A stretch of DNA of 61,906 nucleotides, counting the filler, from Nemertoderma westbladi (taxonomy: Eukaryota; Animalia; Xenacoelomorpha): assembly GCA_032718475.1 (NCBI GenBank). It is 3 parts of 3 records of this genome, joined end to end, with 100 filler letters (N's around TTAATTAATTAA, not from the genome) between each part and the next. Parts side by side here need not be neighbours in the genome. Positions count along the whole stretch, not along the records: positions 1 to 31,576 come from JAUCBJ010000443.1; 2 more parts are not named here. The stretch is one strand, 5' to 3'. Position numbers and translations under genes: made by a program. Position 1 is the stretch's first letter; every line of letters starts with the position of its first letter. The notes below the pieces were generated by a model, which worked only from the letters and a program-made list of their open reading frames with translations, was not told where the DNA came from and searched no databases. Of the stretch, positions 1 through 12,600 are shown piece by piece.

Positions 1-904
1 TGGCTAATGATTCACGTATAAAGCGCATTCTTTAGGAGATGCTTTGTTATCTATCACACTCATGCACACTACCGCACAATGCTGCACACCGATCTGCCGA
101 CCTTCACTAATTTTAATCATATATAAGGAGAACAGCAACCGACACATGTAGGGCCTATGAAATAGCATTCAATTCACTCCAAAACCACTATAATGTAAGT
201 CGCAATTGCTATATGTAACCGGTCTCTCTAACCTTCAGTATATCAAGAAGATTGGGGTTTTCTGATTATTTATCGATATTCTCCAAATATAACAATATTC
301 CATCAACTGATACAATTAATAACCGACAGTAAAAGCAGTAAAACAATGCGGTGAAAGCATAATGCATATGTACTGAGTTGGTTTGGATTGAGTATGTATT
401 GATAACAGTTATGCGTTTCTATAATCAAAGCCGTTCTAATGTTTGGCTAAAGTCTGAAACACAGAATCATTCCACAGCCGATGTTCTAGGCTTAGGAAAA
501 AAGGTAAACATAAACCATAATGCATTGCGCGATTTCCCTGAGGTTTCTGTACAAATAAAATGAAAATCGCTCTGATTGGTCGACCGAACAAAGAACAAAG
601 AAAAAGTTACACATGGACATATCAGCTGATAGATGTCGTCATCGGAACTACACTGTATCAAGAATATTTTGGCGTATTGCGACATAAAATCGCTAGTTAT
701 GTCTGCTAAAGTACACATACAGAAGAAATGGCTTTTTATGTCCACTAAAACACCGGTACAGTAATGAAATGGCTTTTTATGTCCGCTAAAACACCTACAG
801 AGTACTTTGCGAGGAAAATGACTAGCTAATTCCGCAAAAGCCTTTACATATATCTACCGGTATTAAAATATAAAATACATCAGTAGATAGATCGTCGTAA
901 AGTT

Positions 905-1480
905 GGGAGGTTTTCCGGATTTTTTTTTAATTTATTTGACGCCATCTAGCGGCCAGCTCAGAAAATTATTTGTATTTACATAAACGCTTCGTTTCACAGA
1001 ACTTTCATCCAAATTTAATGAAATGTGTTTTTTTTTTGCTTAGAAAGAACATCTATATCGAATGTTTCATTTTTGAATAATTTTTTTCAACTTTGCTACA
1101 AATGTTCCACAAGATTTGATTTTTTTGCAAAGTACCAATCCAGTCAAATTTTCATGACTAATGGAAAGAATCTGTCGAATACATTCCGTCTATTGTGTAA
1201 CGAGGTTTCCAACAAATAATATTGGACTAATCCGTTAAAATCTGAAAAATTCAAAAAATTGCATTCCTACTCATATTGCTCATATTGGAACTTTTTCTCT
1301 AGTATGCCCATGCAAAATTTGGTTGAAAATGGTTAAAATCTTCAAAAGTTATTTACGAATGAATATTTCATTACAGACAGACAGATGGACAGACAGACAG
1401 ACAGAGGGACATTAAATGTTGACCTATTTTATAATTATAATTGTGCGCTAAGGCTCGCCTTTACTGGCTCGCCCCACAGT
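905..1480 (+). mobile_element. Non-autonomous Helentron-associated (HINE/DINE-1-like) element
   Basis: 1290-1475 is clearly homologous to 11783-11960. Both have a (CAGA/CGGA)n microsatellite followed by a GC-rich terminal motif (gctaaggctc...ggctcgcccc). The family assignment is inferred from this architecture; the 5' boundary is approximate. Confidence 0.55.
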
Positions 1481-1912
1481 GCAGGACAGGACACTAGCAG
1501 ATTGATTGACCTTTCATTTATTGATAATTTAGCTGCCTGTTATTTATGGCTTAGCGGTTTATTTAAGGCAGTGATTTTTTATGTCAATTTATTTGACTTT
1601 TTTTGTCACTTTTTTTTACGAATTATGCATAATGACTTTTGTTGTCCATTTAATGACTTTTATTGTCACTTTTTATGTATGTATTTCTTCAAACTGTCAG
1701 ACTGCTGATTTCTGGACTGTCAGACAGTTGATTTCACTATGCCTGTGCCAAAACATTCCATGATTCCATGATTTATAGACTATGAGATAGATTTCCATAT
1801 GCGCCTGTGGTAAAAAGACTCTATATTTAATAGTTTGTGGTTGTTGTCGATAATCGATTACCACATGACGTAGCAAAACACTCATTTTATAGCCAAAAAC
1901 AATTACCAATTG

Positions 1913-2485
1913 ATGGAAAGGAGCAGGTTAAAGCCGAGTTTTCTAACCATCACAATAAACAGTCACTTTACCAAATCAGGGAAAGGAGCAGGTTACAGAG
2001 ACGGGATTTTCTAACCAAAACAATAAACGATCATTTAACTAATTGAGGGAAAGGAGCAGGTTACAGAGACGGGATTTTCTAACCAAAACAATAAACGATA
2101 ACATTACCAATTGAGAGAAAGGAGCAGGTTACAGAGGCGGGACTTTCTAACCAAAACAATAAACGATAACATTACCAATTGAGGGAAAGGAGCAGGTTAC
2201 AGAGGCGGGATTTCCTAACCAAAACAATAAACGATCACTTAAACTAATTGAGGGAAAGGAGCAGGTTACAGAGGCGGGATTTTCTAACCAAAACAATAAA
2301 CAGTCACTTTACCAAATCAGGGAAAGGAGCAGGTTACAGAGACGGGATTTTCTAACCAAAACAATAAACGATCATTTAACTAATTGAGGGAAAGGAGCAG
2401 GTTACAGAGACGGGATTTTCTAACCAAAACAATAAACGATCATTTAACTAATTGAGGGAAAGGGGCAGGTTACAGAGGCGGGCCT
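1913..2485. repeat. Minisatellite, ~68-bp unit, ~8.5 copies
   Basis: ggaaaggagcaggttacagagacgggattttctaaccaaaacaataaacg... recurs every 67-69 bp. Confidence 0.95.
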
Positions 2486-4714
2486 TCTGTGCTGTTGGAA
2501 GTAGTGGAGCCGCTATCCGTAACACTACTCAGACAGTAGTCATGATCCATTATTGATTATAAAACTAATACAGTAAGGCCTAAATTATGTGAAAGTATCC
2601 ACATTTTCCACAATCCTGCAATCCAGTTTCGCCTATCAATTATTTAAAATTTATTAGCACAACCGGTAGGCCTACCATTACCGTATTTAAATGGTAGGCT
2701 ACACAGTAGGCCTATAGCAGTACCAGTGCCGGTACCGGTACTAAAATACAGAAATACCTGCTTTATACCTACATCTGTACATACAATACAGCAAAATAGT
2801 GCTATATATATACTAACCGGTACTGATAGCCTGAGAGAACAGCAGTAGAGAAACCGGTAGCATGGAACCTAACATTAGACTTTTGGATGACATAAAAAAT
2901 CAAAAAAAATTGACAAAAAAAGGATAAAAATGGACAATAAAAATTATTGCGTTTATTTAATACTACAATAAGGTGTCTGTGTATACTGTATAGTACACAG
3001 CACAGTACTTGTTTGTGAACTGAAGTTCAATATTGCACACCCTCAAACGTCACATTAAGACACTTGTGTGTGAGTGGGTCTAACCTCCGAAACCAAGGAC
3101 GCATTGACCGAGCCCATTATAGCCAGCCTACTGCTATACTGTATGTATATCTGCCTGCAGCAACAGCCAATACTGATGTAAAAGCTTTTGTGGGATAACT
3201 GATTAGTTTGTCTTGTTGGCCAGTTCCCCCCCAGTCGCTAAGAATACTCTCAAAGTGATCTATAACTAAAAATATTGCAAGTTACCAGCTTATTGGCTGA
3301 TTTGCTATACGCAGGCATCTGGGCTCTGTTTAATCGGCCAACAAGCCTAGGGAGGTTGCGTCATAGCCTTGTGTTGTATCTCCCAATAGAATTTGAGTTA
3401 GCCTTGATTTCGACCTATCACAGAGCACTGAACTGAAAATTTCCTATCTCACTGCTCTTTCTCTGTGTTGAACGGGAGCTTCGTGGAATAAGGGAGTTGG
3501 TATCCTCGTATAGAGCAGTAGTCACGAGTTTTTCAAAGCCACGAAAGAACGGCTTTTAGTGTTTTATGCTTTCTGCTTTTTAGCTCAACACTAGGAGGTT
3601 TAATTATAAGGACATATATCCTTTAACTGACTGATGATCAATACGGACTGACCTTACATATCATACCTAATCAAACAACCTGTGCATACTTTTATATTGT
3701 TATACTGCTATTTACTGTCAGTTCTTCATAATATGGTTGATGAATTATTATATTGGAATAACGAGAAATAACCCCGACACCCAATATTCTTGATATACCG
3801 AAGGTAAGAGAGAAAGGTTACCAATAACGATTGTGACTTATGTTAAAGTGGTTTGAAGTGAATCTAATGTTATTTGATAGACCCTACATGAGTCAGCCTG
3901 TGTTCCTTTTATATGTGACTAAAATCAGTGAAGATTGGCAGATTAGTGTGCAGTATTGTGCAGCATTGTGTATGAGTGAGTCTGTTAAAGAAGCAATTCC
4001 TAAAGAATGCGCCATATATCATATGTGAATTATAATTAAGCCATATCGTTGTGACTAGTTTAAGTCATAACTCTGTTTATATAGATAAAGCGCCACGTCC
4101 TAAAGGAACTGTTAATATTCCCGAAGGTAAATAATATTGTCAGAGATTATATAATACTGTCAGTCGAATAATACATTAGGCTTACATAGCAATAAAATTA
4201 AACCGTCGAACCCAATCTCCCGGGAATATCCAGCGGGTGAATGGTCGCGCACGGATTGGTTTCGACTAGTGTAGTGAATCAAATACTTGTCATAAGCTAA
4301 AAAGCGATTTAATATCTAGAAGACATTTTAATTTGGCGGGTTAAACTGCCAAAGGTCTGAAAGCGCGAACAACTGATGATAAATACTGAAATATGCCCTA
4401 ACGTGCCCCTGCAGCCCCTCGTTATCCGCACTAGAAAACCTACCCTGCTACCATTTGCATGAGGCATTCATAGTAGACTAACCCTGTAACCCACTCCGCG
4501 AAAGCTCTAATCAACTTTTATTATAGGCCTTTTGTTACTGTGTTATACAATTATAGGCCTAATTAAATTAATATTTATTATTTTATATAACTAACTAGTA
4601 CATATTTTACTAATAGTGCGGCCTTTTACTGTTCTTCTTTTAGCAGTTTCAATTTACCCCGGGTGGGGGTGCATATTAGTATTATATGAACACTGAAATA
4701 TACCGAGCGCGACT

Positions 4715-5599
4715 GTGGTTGTGGTAGCTATGAATATCGTTGTTTCCTCCCATCAAATCATAAACGGACGGACTCACATCCGATTCAAGTCGGAATCCAG
4801 TAGCTCCGACGAAGACGAGGCTCCTGAGAAGAAAGACAACTCTATAGTTTGTATTGATGATGATTCGATGCTACCGATAAAACGTCGGAAGTTCGACGAC
4901 AACGACGCTACCCTTACCGGCACTACCGAGTTCGGCCAATCTGACACGTTACCGGTAGCGAAGCGAACTATCTCGAGTTTACTCGCTGTCCCTGAATGTA
5001 AAAGCGGGAGGGATCTAGCGACTGTTACCACCAGTAGTTATAAAATGTGGGGCCTTGGCGACTCTAAGAGTAATACTGGGGTCAACATAGACCAGTTGGT
5101 TAAAGGCAGAGGTAGAATCGCAAGTAAACTGCGCCAGTTGCGATCTCGTTTAACTAACGTATCCAATGTGTATCAGAATCCTATTAGTCTTCAACCCACT
5201 GCAAATGAGTCCGATGTAGTTGAAACTAAAGATGCTGAAATAGCTTCGAGTATACAGACCACGGGCGTCCCTGATTATAGTGAGTTACCAGAATTTGTTG
5301 GATTACCAAACATTGGTGATATAATAGCCTATAAGGTGTTGGAGCTGAGTTTACCGGACTACACTCCGGTTGTTAGTGACTACCGCGTAGCCAAGGTGAT
5401 GGAAGTCACGGATGTTGTCGATGGCGTCGCCAATATTAACTTACTGAAATTCGCCAATTCGACGCCAAGTCAAGGTGATGTAAAGTTAGGGAGGTTTTAT
5501 ATGACTGATGGGGACGATGGATTGAGTCAATGTACTGACAGATTTGTTGGTTGTTTCTCGGAGCTGATAGAACCTAAACTTATTGATTCTGGGAGATAA
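4715..5599 (+). CDS. COIL: Coilin-like protein, large terminal exon (C-terminal Tudor-like domain); upstream exons unresolved
   Basis: HIRF motif, acidic Ser patch, KRRK NLS-like motif, GRGR, then DYSELP...PNIGDIIAYKVLELSLPDYTPVVSDYRVAKV, which matches the coilin C-terminal signature (DYS.LP....P..G..IA.K.LEL...Y.P.VSDY). The ORF ends SELIEPKLI. Confidence 0.8.
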   Translation: MVVVAMNIVVSSHQIINGRTHIRFKSESSSSDEDEAPEKKDNSIVCIDDDSMLPIKRRKFDDNDATLTGTTEFGQSDTLPVAKRTISSLLAVPECKSGRDLATVTTSSYKMWGLGDSKSNTGVNIDQLVKGRGRIASKLRQLRSRLTNVSNVYQNPISLQPTANESDVVETKDAEIASSIQTTGVPDYSELPEFVGLPNIGDIIAYKVLELSLPDYTPVVSDYRVAKVMEVTDVVDGVANINLLKFANSTPSQGDVKLGRFYMTDGDDGLSQCTDRFVGCFSELIEPKLIDSGR

Positions 5600-6690
5600 T
5601 TAATTAGTTTTTTAGGCCAAGTTCAATTCGTTCGAAATGTTTTTTTTATAAATAGTTACTTTAAACCAATTATTGGTTCAACACTGTATTGTACTGTATG
5701 TACTGTATTCAAATATATATGTACTGCAATAATGTACTGTATTCAAATATATATTTTATTAATTAATATGCGATTTTGGTACTAATTTTCGCACAATTTT
5801 TTGCACTCAATACAGCTCTATGCTATGCATGTATTTAATATTACGGAGGATAATCTTTCCTTTTATTAAACTAGGATGGCGGCGTTTAATGAACGTCGGA
5901 AACCTATTGCATCTAACAAATATCCTATTTCTATGAAGCTTTAGTGCCTAAAACAAAGTAATTCTAACTGATACGTGTAGTTATCCCAGCAGCAGTATTG
6001 CAACTGTGTGCAATCATTTTGTGAAAGGAAATTTAAAGTAATCGAGCCAGTTCCATTAGGTAGCAGAATGTCTTGGTGATGTTGGTGGAATGCTGGAAAT
6101 GTTGTGTTCAGTTGTTCTGGACAGCAAATGTCATTCAATAAAATGTAAAAATTACGTAGTGTCGAGAGTGAAACCAACCATGACGTCAGACGACAAATAT
6201 GAAACTATAAACCTTGGTCATATCTCTTCTTTATTGTTTTGGTTAGAATAGCGCTGACGCGTAGGCCGGGACCCCCCCCCCCCCCCCCCCCCCCCCCCCT
6301 TTAGACCTATAATTCTCCATAACTGATAACTGCTGTATAATATCAGAGTGATAACTAATGTAACACCCACACAGTTTACATAACGACTTACCTGCAGTTA
6401 TACGTCTACGTCTATACAACTTAAACAACTTACCGTGTATTGTATTTAATATATTCTGTTCGACCATAGTCCAGTGTTTTGAGACAGGTCATGCGATATC
6501 GAAGTGAGTCATTACCACTACTTCAAACTATCATAGATAAGCTCGTAACCCCAAACTAATATAGCAGAAAATTATCATAGATTATATCTAAAGGTATTAG
6601 GTTGCTATCCATATAAATGGTATAGGAATATGAAATACAAATCAATAGTTTGGTTGTAGATTATAATAATTTGTTCGTTTTTCTTCGAAA

Positions 6691-9600
6691 ATGTTTGCGG
6701 GTTTTATATTGTCCTTATATTTTTTACTTGTCATTGGGGTTTATGTGACATCAGTTAGCGCTGTTAGTGATGCTGAAAGGGAATTTTTGGACTCCTTTTA
6801 CAAAGCTACATCTGGTTTTAAATGGACATACAACAATAAATGGTTAACCAAGGGATCAAACTCAGTTTGCGATTGGCACGGAATACATTGTAAAGTCAAC
6901 TCTTCCGAAGTTGAACGAATCGACTTGGATGATAATAATTTGGTTGGAGTTCTTCCTGAATTTACAGGAGGTTAGTACTGTAATCTATTTTCCGCACTAC
7001 GCTCCAATAATCTCACATTTGAAGAAAAATTAATTTCATCGATAATTTGGGCATCATATTATAAGGTCAGGTATTCTAGGTCATGATCAAGAAAACTTGC
7101 CACTTCCATGCAGCATAGAGGAGGTGCCACCTGTGGCTGCATATACCCTCATACTACGGTCAAATCTGGTCCTGTAACTAGGGAACTAGGACCCCCTTCG
7201 TTCTGGGATAGGGACGCCCTTTACTACTAGGATCGGCATGCTGCATTGCAGCTGCATTTTTAAGAATGCTGTGCAGGATTGTCGACAAAATTTCGCCGCC
7301 ACAACTCCCTATCACCCATGACATTTGCTAGATCATCCGCATCTTCAAGGCCAGTGTCCTTTAAAATGCGTCTCAAGAAAGTCATGGGCTGTCCACCATG
7401 CTTATTCACTCCATGAGGCTGCCAAAGTACAAGATTATGCACTGGCTGGTCCTCACGGCGAAAGCAATATATATATATTCATATATACATATATATAATT
7501 ATCATATAATTAAATTAAGTAATAGGAACGCTTTTTCAAACAACCATGTTCAGCATGATCCGTTCTCTCAAATATAGTATTGTGTAGAACGAAAAATATA
7601 GACAGACCAATCAATATAAAGCAATAAAAATAAAATGTATACGATATTTCGAGTCAGTGTGACTCTTATTCATGTCTAACTAAAAAAAATCTGTATTATT
7701 TATTACCTTTGCCTCAATACGTTTCCCATTATTCATTTTCATTCTACATTATTTTACCCACGCCTACTCCAACTACTTCGAGTTATATAGCAACTGATGT
7801 TATTAATTCCATATATTGTCTACATATTATTCGATATATTATAAGTCTATTAATTCAACCTGATATTATAATTCAATCTGATATTAATTCATACACTACT
7901 GTTTATCTATTCCCCTTTTCAATTTTGGTTTTTCTACTCGCGTTCGACTGAGTAGATAGAGTTATTTTATTTAGAATCCGACATATCTCAGGATCAGTTT
8001 GCGCCCAAAATGGAGAGCGTAGGCCCACAATGATTAGTTCTAATTTTAGGTTAGGTTAATTTTTTGTTAATATCATATATATATAATATTAACATGATAC
8101 ATATGTATATATGAATCGCATTACACAAGGTTTGTTACCGTAATTAATGGAAATGGTTTAATATCTGACGAGAATTTCCATTCACCTGTTCTTCGATAAA
8201 TAAATATCCGCTTCTGATAAAAAAAAACATTAATTAAGCACTACAGCATTTAAAGTAACACTATTACTATTAGAGCCATATGACTTAGGATAAGGGTTAC
8301 ATGACAGTTTTAATTAGTTATTTAATTATTTCATTTTCACTTTGAATTAGGGTTTCTGACCGCCGCGCCACTCTCGAAATCTGGTGTGAAAATGCTCTTG
8401 GGAGGGGGGGGGGGGGGGGGTATTTGGCGCTAGGCGAAAATTCCCGGGAGGGCATTCCGCGCGGGGGGAGATTTTCGCCTGTGACACCGTTTCCTTTAAC
8501 CCCTTCAAGCTGTACCATGCCTTGTAATACACCAGTACAATGATCTGCTGAGTTGATGCTGAATTGATTCATCCAAGCCGCCATTGGTCAACACCTAACA
8601 ACCAACCAGCACACAGTATTTGGTATTAAATTACTTTTAAGGTCAAATTCTTGTGCTTGGCAGCCCCATGGAGAAAATAAGAATGGTGGACATCCCATGA
8701 CTTTTGTGCGACGCCCCTAAAGGACTGCAAAATGCGGATAGTCTCGCGAAAGTCATGGGGAATATAGAGTTGTGCAACTTTGTTGACAAGCCGGCTTAGC
8801 ATTCTTAATGCACGCTGCATTGGGCTTGCAAATTATGGATTGCATGGTGGTGGCAAAATGTTTTTGTTAAGCCGGCATAGCATCTCAATGTGCTGCTTCA
8901 GCGCAGCAGGGAAATTATAGTAGTAGTAGGCATCATGACGGGCTCTTGCCTGACGCAGGCTAAATATTAAACCTTCTGCAGTGGGGACTCTTATTAATTA
9001 CCAGCAGACTAGTAAATAAAAGGAAACTGTAACCTGTGCAAATGAATATTGTTTGCTGTTTTAATTATGATAGCGAGTGAATGCTAAAAATCACAGTAAA
9101 TCATCTTCGGTTACATTATCTATGTGTTTTGGCCATATGTAATGCCGACAAGTTGACACACAGTTTAGCCCATCCTTGCGGCATGAACAGAACAAGTAGG
9201 TAGATACATATGGTACATAACGATAGATTTTATTAATTTTGTCTATTTGTTTACTACGTTTATTTGTATTTTCAATAAAAACATAATATTTTCACTACGC
9301 GTTACGTGATTAATACAGTATCTGAAATTTGAAATTAATAAATAGGCGCAAATGGAAAAATTAATTAAATAAAATGGTAAAATTAATCAACTATTATGGT
9401 CGATAATATGGTTTTTAATATTTTTTGCAGAATTTCCAGAATTAAAGGAAATCTCACTTGAGAATAACAGCATCAGTGGCGGTATAACTTTTACGAAACA
9501 ATACAACAAATTATATCGTTTGCAACTCAATGACAATAAATTCAATGGTACTTTCCCTACTAACCTTGTTGAAAAGTTGCCTAACTTGGAAGGTTTGGAT

Positions 9601-12600
9601 TTATCAAATAATTTATTTAATGGGGATATACCTGATCTCAGTGGGTTGAAAAAATTGAATCATTTCAACGCGCATCTGAATAAATTCCAAAATTTTCCTA
9701 AAATGCCGACATCCATTAGAATTGTGCGTTTGTCCAACAACAAACTGGATAACGCGACCAACATAACAGCCATTACAGAGCTTCTAACAGGCACAAGTAT
9801 AACCAATCTGTATCTCAACAACTGCAATTTACACGGCAAACTTCCTAATAGTATCTGGCGAATTGGTCTTTCGACGCTGGATCTCGGGTCTAACAGATTC
9901 ACTTCTAAAATACCCAAAGTAGGTGAGATCTCATCGTTACTCAATCAAATTTATCTTCAGAACAACGATCTAACAGGCCATTTACCCCCGGATTTGAACA
10001 ATTTACATGAACTATCAATATTAGATGTTCGCGGCAACCCTAAACTTCAAATTCATGATACTTACAACAATGGAGATATATTTCTTGATTCCAGTGATCC
10101 AATTAAATATAAACACAGCTTCGCATGTCCTCGTCTAAAACTTAAGGAAACCGGTACCAGAGAAGGCCTTATTGAAGCGGATCCAAGTTTATTTGGATAC
10201 ATGAACTGTTCTTGTATGTACGGCAAATTCGGCCAATTGGGAGTTTGTATTGATTGTTTAAAAACTGGGGAATGTTTTGGTAGAGAACCAAATTCGGCCA
10301 TGATTATTCGGCCTGGCTATTGGGCCGATCCATCCAGAGATAACGTCACAAGTCTGCAGGAATGCCATAACAACCGCAGGAATAATGTGTCGGCATGTAA
10401 TCCTACCGGGAAAGCAAAGTGTTACGTCGATATTATTGGAGACGACAGAAGCAGCTATAAAGTTCGCTGTGAACAACAGTACATGTGTAACGAGCACTTA
10501 GCAGGTCGTTTTTGTTCCAATTGTATCGACGACAACTTTTATAAACGAGGGGAAATCTGCGAACAATGTGCCTCCACGGGTGAAAATAAATCCCCTGTAG
10601 CATTTTACCTTCTTGTTACCTTTTTTTTGTTACTATTTGGTGGATTAATCTATTGTTACTTCCGTCAGATGAGAAGAAAAGGTAATAAATCGAACGGAAT
10701 TAGCACTTCGAATATTAGGGCTTTCGTCCTCAGCATTGAGATAATTATCCTTGTTATCGCTTTGATTCTTTGTTTTCATAAGTTACTGGATTATTGGATA
10801 TTTAGCGTTTGTTTTATAATGGTAGTTTTGACCCTCAGTGGCGGTAAGTCTAAATGCGCCGGTATTTGCGCTTCGATGGTTTTCTATGTCCAAGCCCTAG
10901 ATTTTTTAACAACTGATCTCCCTGATGTTGCGCCCCCACAATATTACGTTGTGGAGAGAATCATCAAAACCACTCTAAGTTTCGACTTCCCCGGCGTTGT
11001 CTGCACAATGCCCTCATTCAAAGACCCCTCCACCAAGTTGTTTGTATTATTGGCTTTGCCCTATATGTGGATATTGCTTATGTTTATTCTTTTTTCAATA
11101 AAAGTTTTTGTCGTACGTTACATATCTTTCGAATGCGACATTAAGAATTATTATAGACCATCCTTAAGGAGAAAACCGAGTGTTGAGAGGAATACATCGA
11201 TATATTATAAACGCGAACATAAGCGGAGAAAAGTGGTGTCTGGTATTCGGACATCTTCTAGCCTTCCAATGGAGCCAAGAATAGAACGCGAACAACACGT
11301 TATTTACGATAACGCCAAAGTTCTTGCTGTTCTCAATGTTTTAACTGACAAAGAAATAGTTGATCTTCATTGTGTTGGTGGATTAATATTATCCTTCTTG
11401 TCGCTGTTGTCATTTCCCATTATTAAATCTGGCCTAAAGGGTTTGGCGCCGTATATATCGGACGAAGTGGACGGGAAAAAATACATGTCAAATTATATAA
11501 CTGTGCAATACGGTAGCAAGCAACATATAAATATATTGATACCATCTATTCTGTGCCTAATTCATACGATTGCTACAATAGTTTTAAATATCTGGTTGAT
11601 CTACTATTACGGAAGAAAACGTGATTCCATTATGTGAGTAACATTTTGTTGTTGTGCTTGTAGTACGTTATACGTTCGTGGGGCGTCGCGCAGCACGCGA
11701 ACTTTGGGAAAAAAATCAATTTGATCTGGAGTCAAAAGTTCGAGAGGTATTTTCCAGTAACTTTAAAAAATATTGGAAATTTGTCTCTAGTATACCCCTA
11801 CAAAATTTGGTTAAATATGGTTAAAATCTTGAAAAGTTATTTACGAATGAATTTTCCATTACAGACGGACAGACAGACAGACAGACGGACATGAAATGTT
11901 GCCCTATTTACTAATTATAATTGTGCGCTAAGGCTCACCCTGACTGCGTGGCTCGCCCCACTTTCGGCAGATTGTGTAGGGTTTGGGGAATGTGTTAATG
12001 TTATGAAAATAGTTAAAACTGTGAAAACATTCCATGCGAAAATTGCCGTAACTAACAGTTGATTAAGACAGTAAATACTAAACTGTAATCTGCGCCATTG
12101 ACTCTACTCTACCAGTCTATTTTTGTTCATTGACGGCTTCATGTAAGCATGGTGTACTGACTGCACATAATTCAAGTATATTTATTTATTCCGTTAGAGG
12201 CCTATAGTTAGAGTAAACTAAAAAATGTTACATAACCAATAGTTACGGGATAGCACAATGTCCTAGTAAATTGCGTTCAACCCTGCCGGTGGTATAAAAT
12301 AACATGTAAAACAAGACATGCTGTACAAGTTATATCGCTACAAGCTCCACCCCCCCCCCCCCCCCCCCCCGCGCTGAGCCATAACTGCGATCCCATCCAC
12401 CCTACGACCCAACCACACAGCCAGGCATCCCTTAGTTAACCCATCTGACACTGGTGATGCTAGTTGTTACTGCAGTCTCTGTTATCTGCTTTGAATATCT
12501 GCAGTCTCTGTTACGATTAGGTCTAGAGCCAATTTTTACTTTTTTGTGAATACTTTTATATACTTCTTATATTTGGAAGTGATTGTGGTAGGTAATTACA

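Noticed and set aside
2862-2930. ATG GAA CCT AAC ATT AGA (MEPNIRL) as the coilin first exon
   Set aside because: Runs into an A-rich repeat-like tract and a stop after ~21 codons without a convincing donor.
6271-6299. Poly-C/G tracts (also ~8405, 12349, 35866, 41748, 47515) as functional G-quadruplexes
   Set aside because: Homopolymers of unreliable length, several inside repeat fragments; nothing in the sequence supports function.
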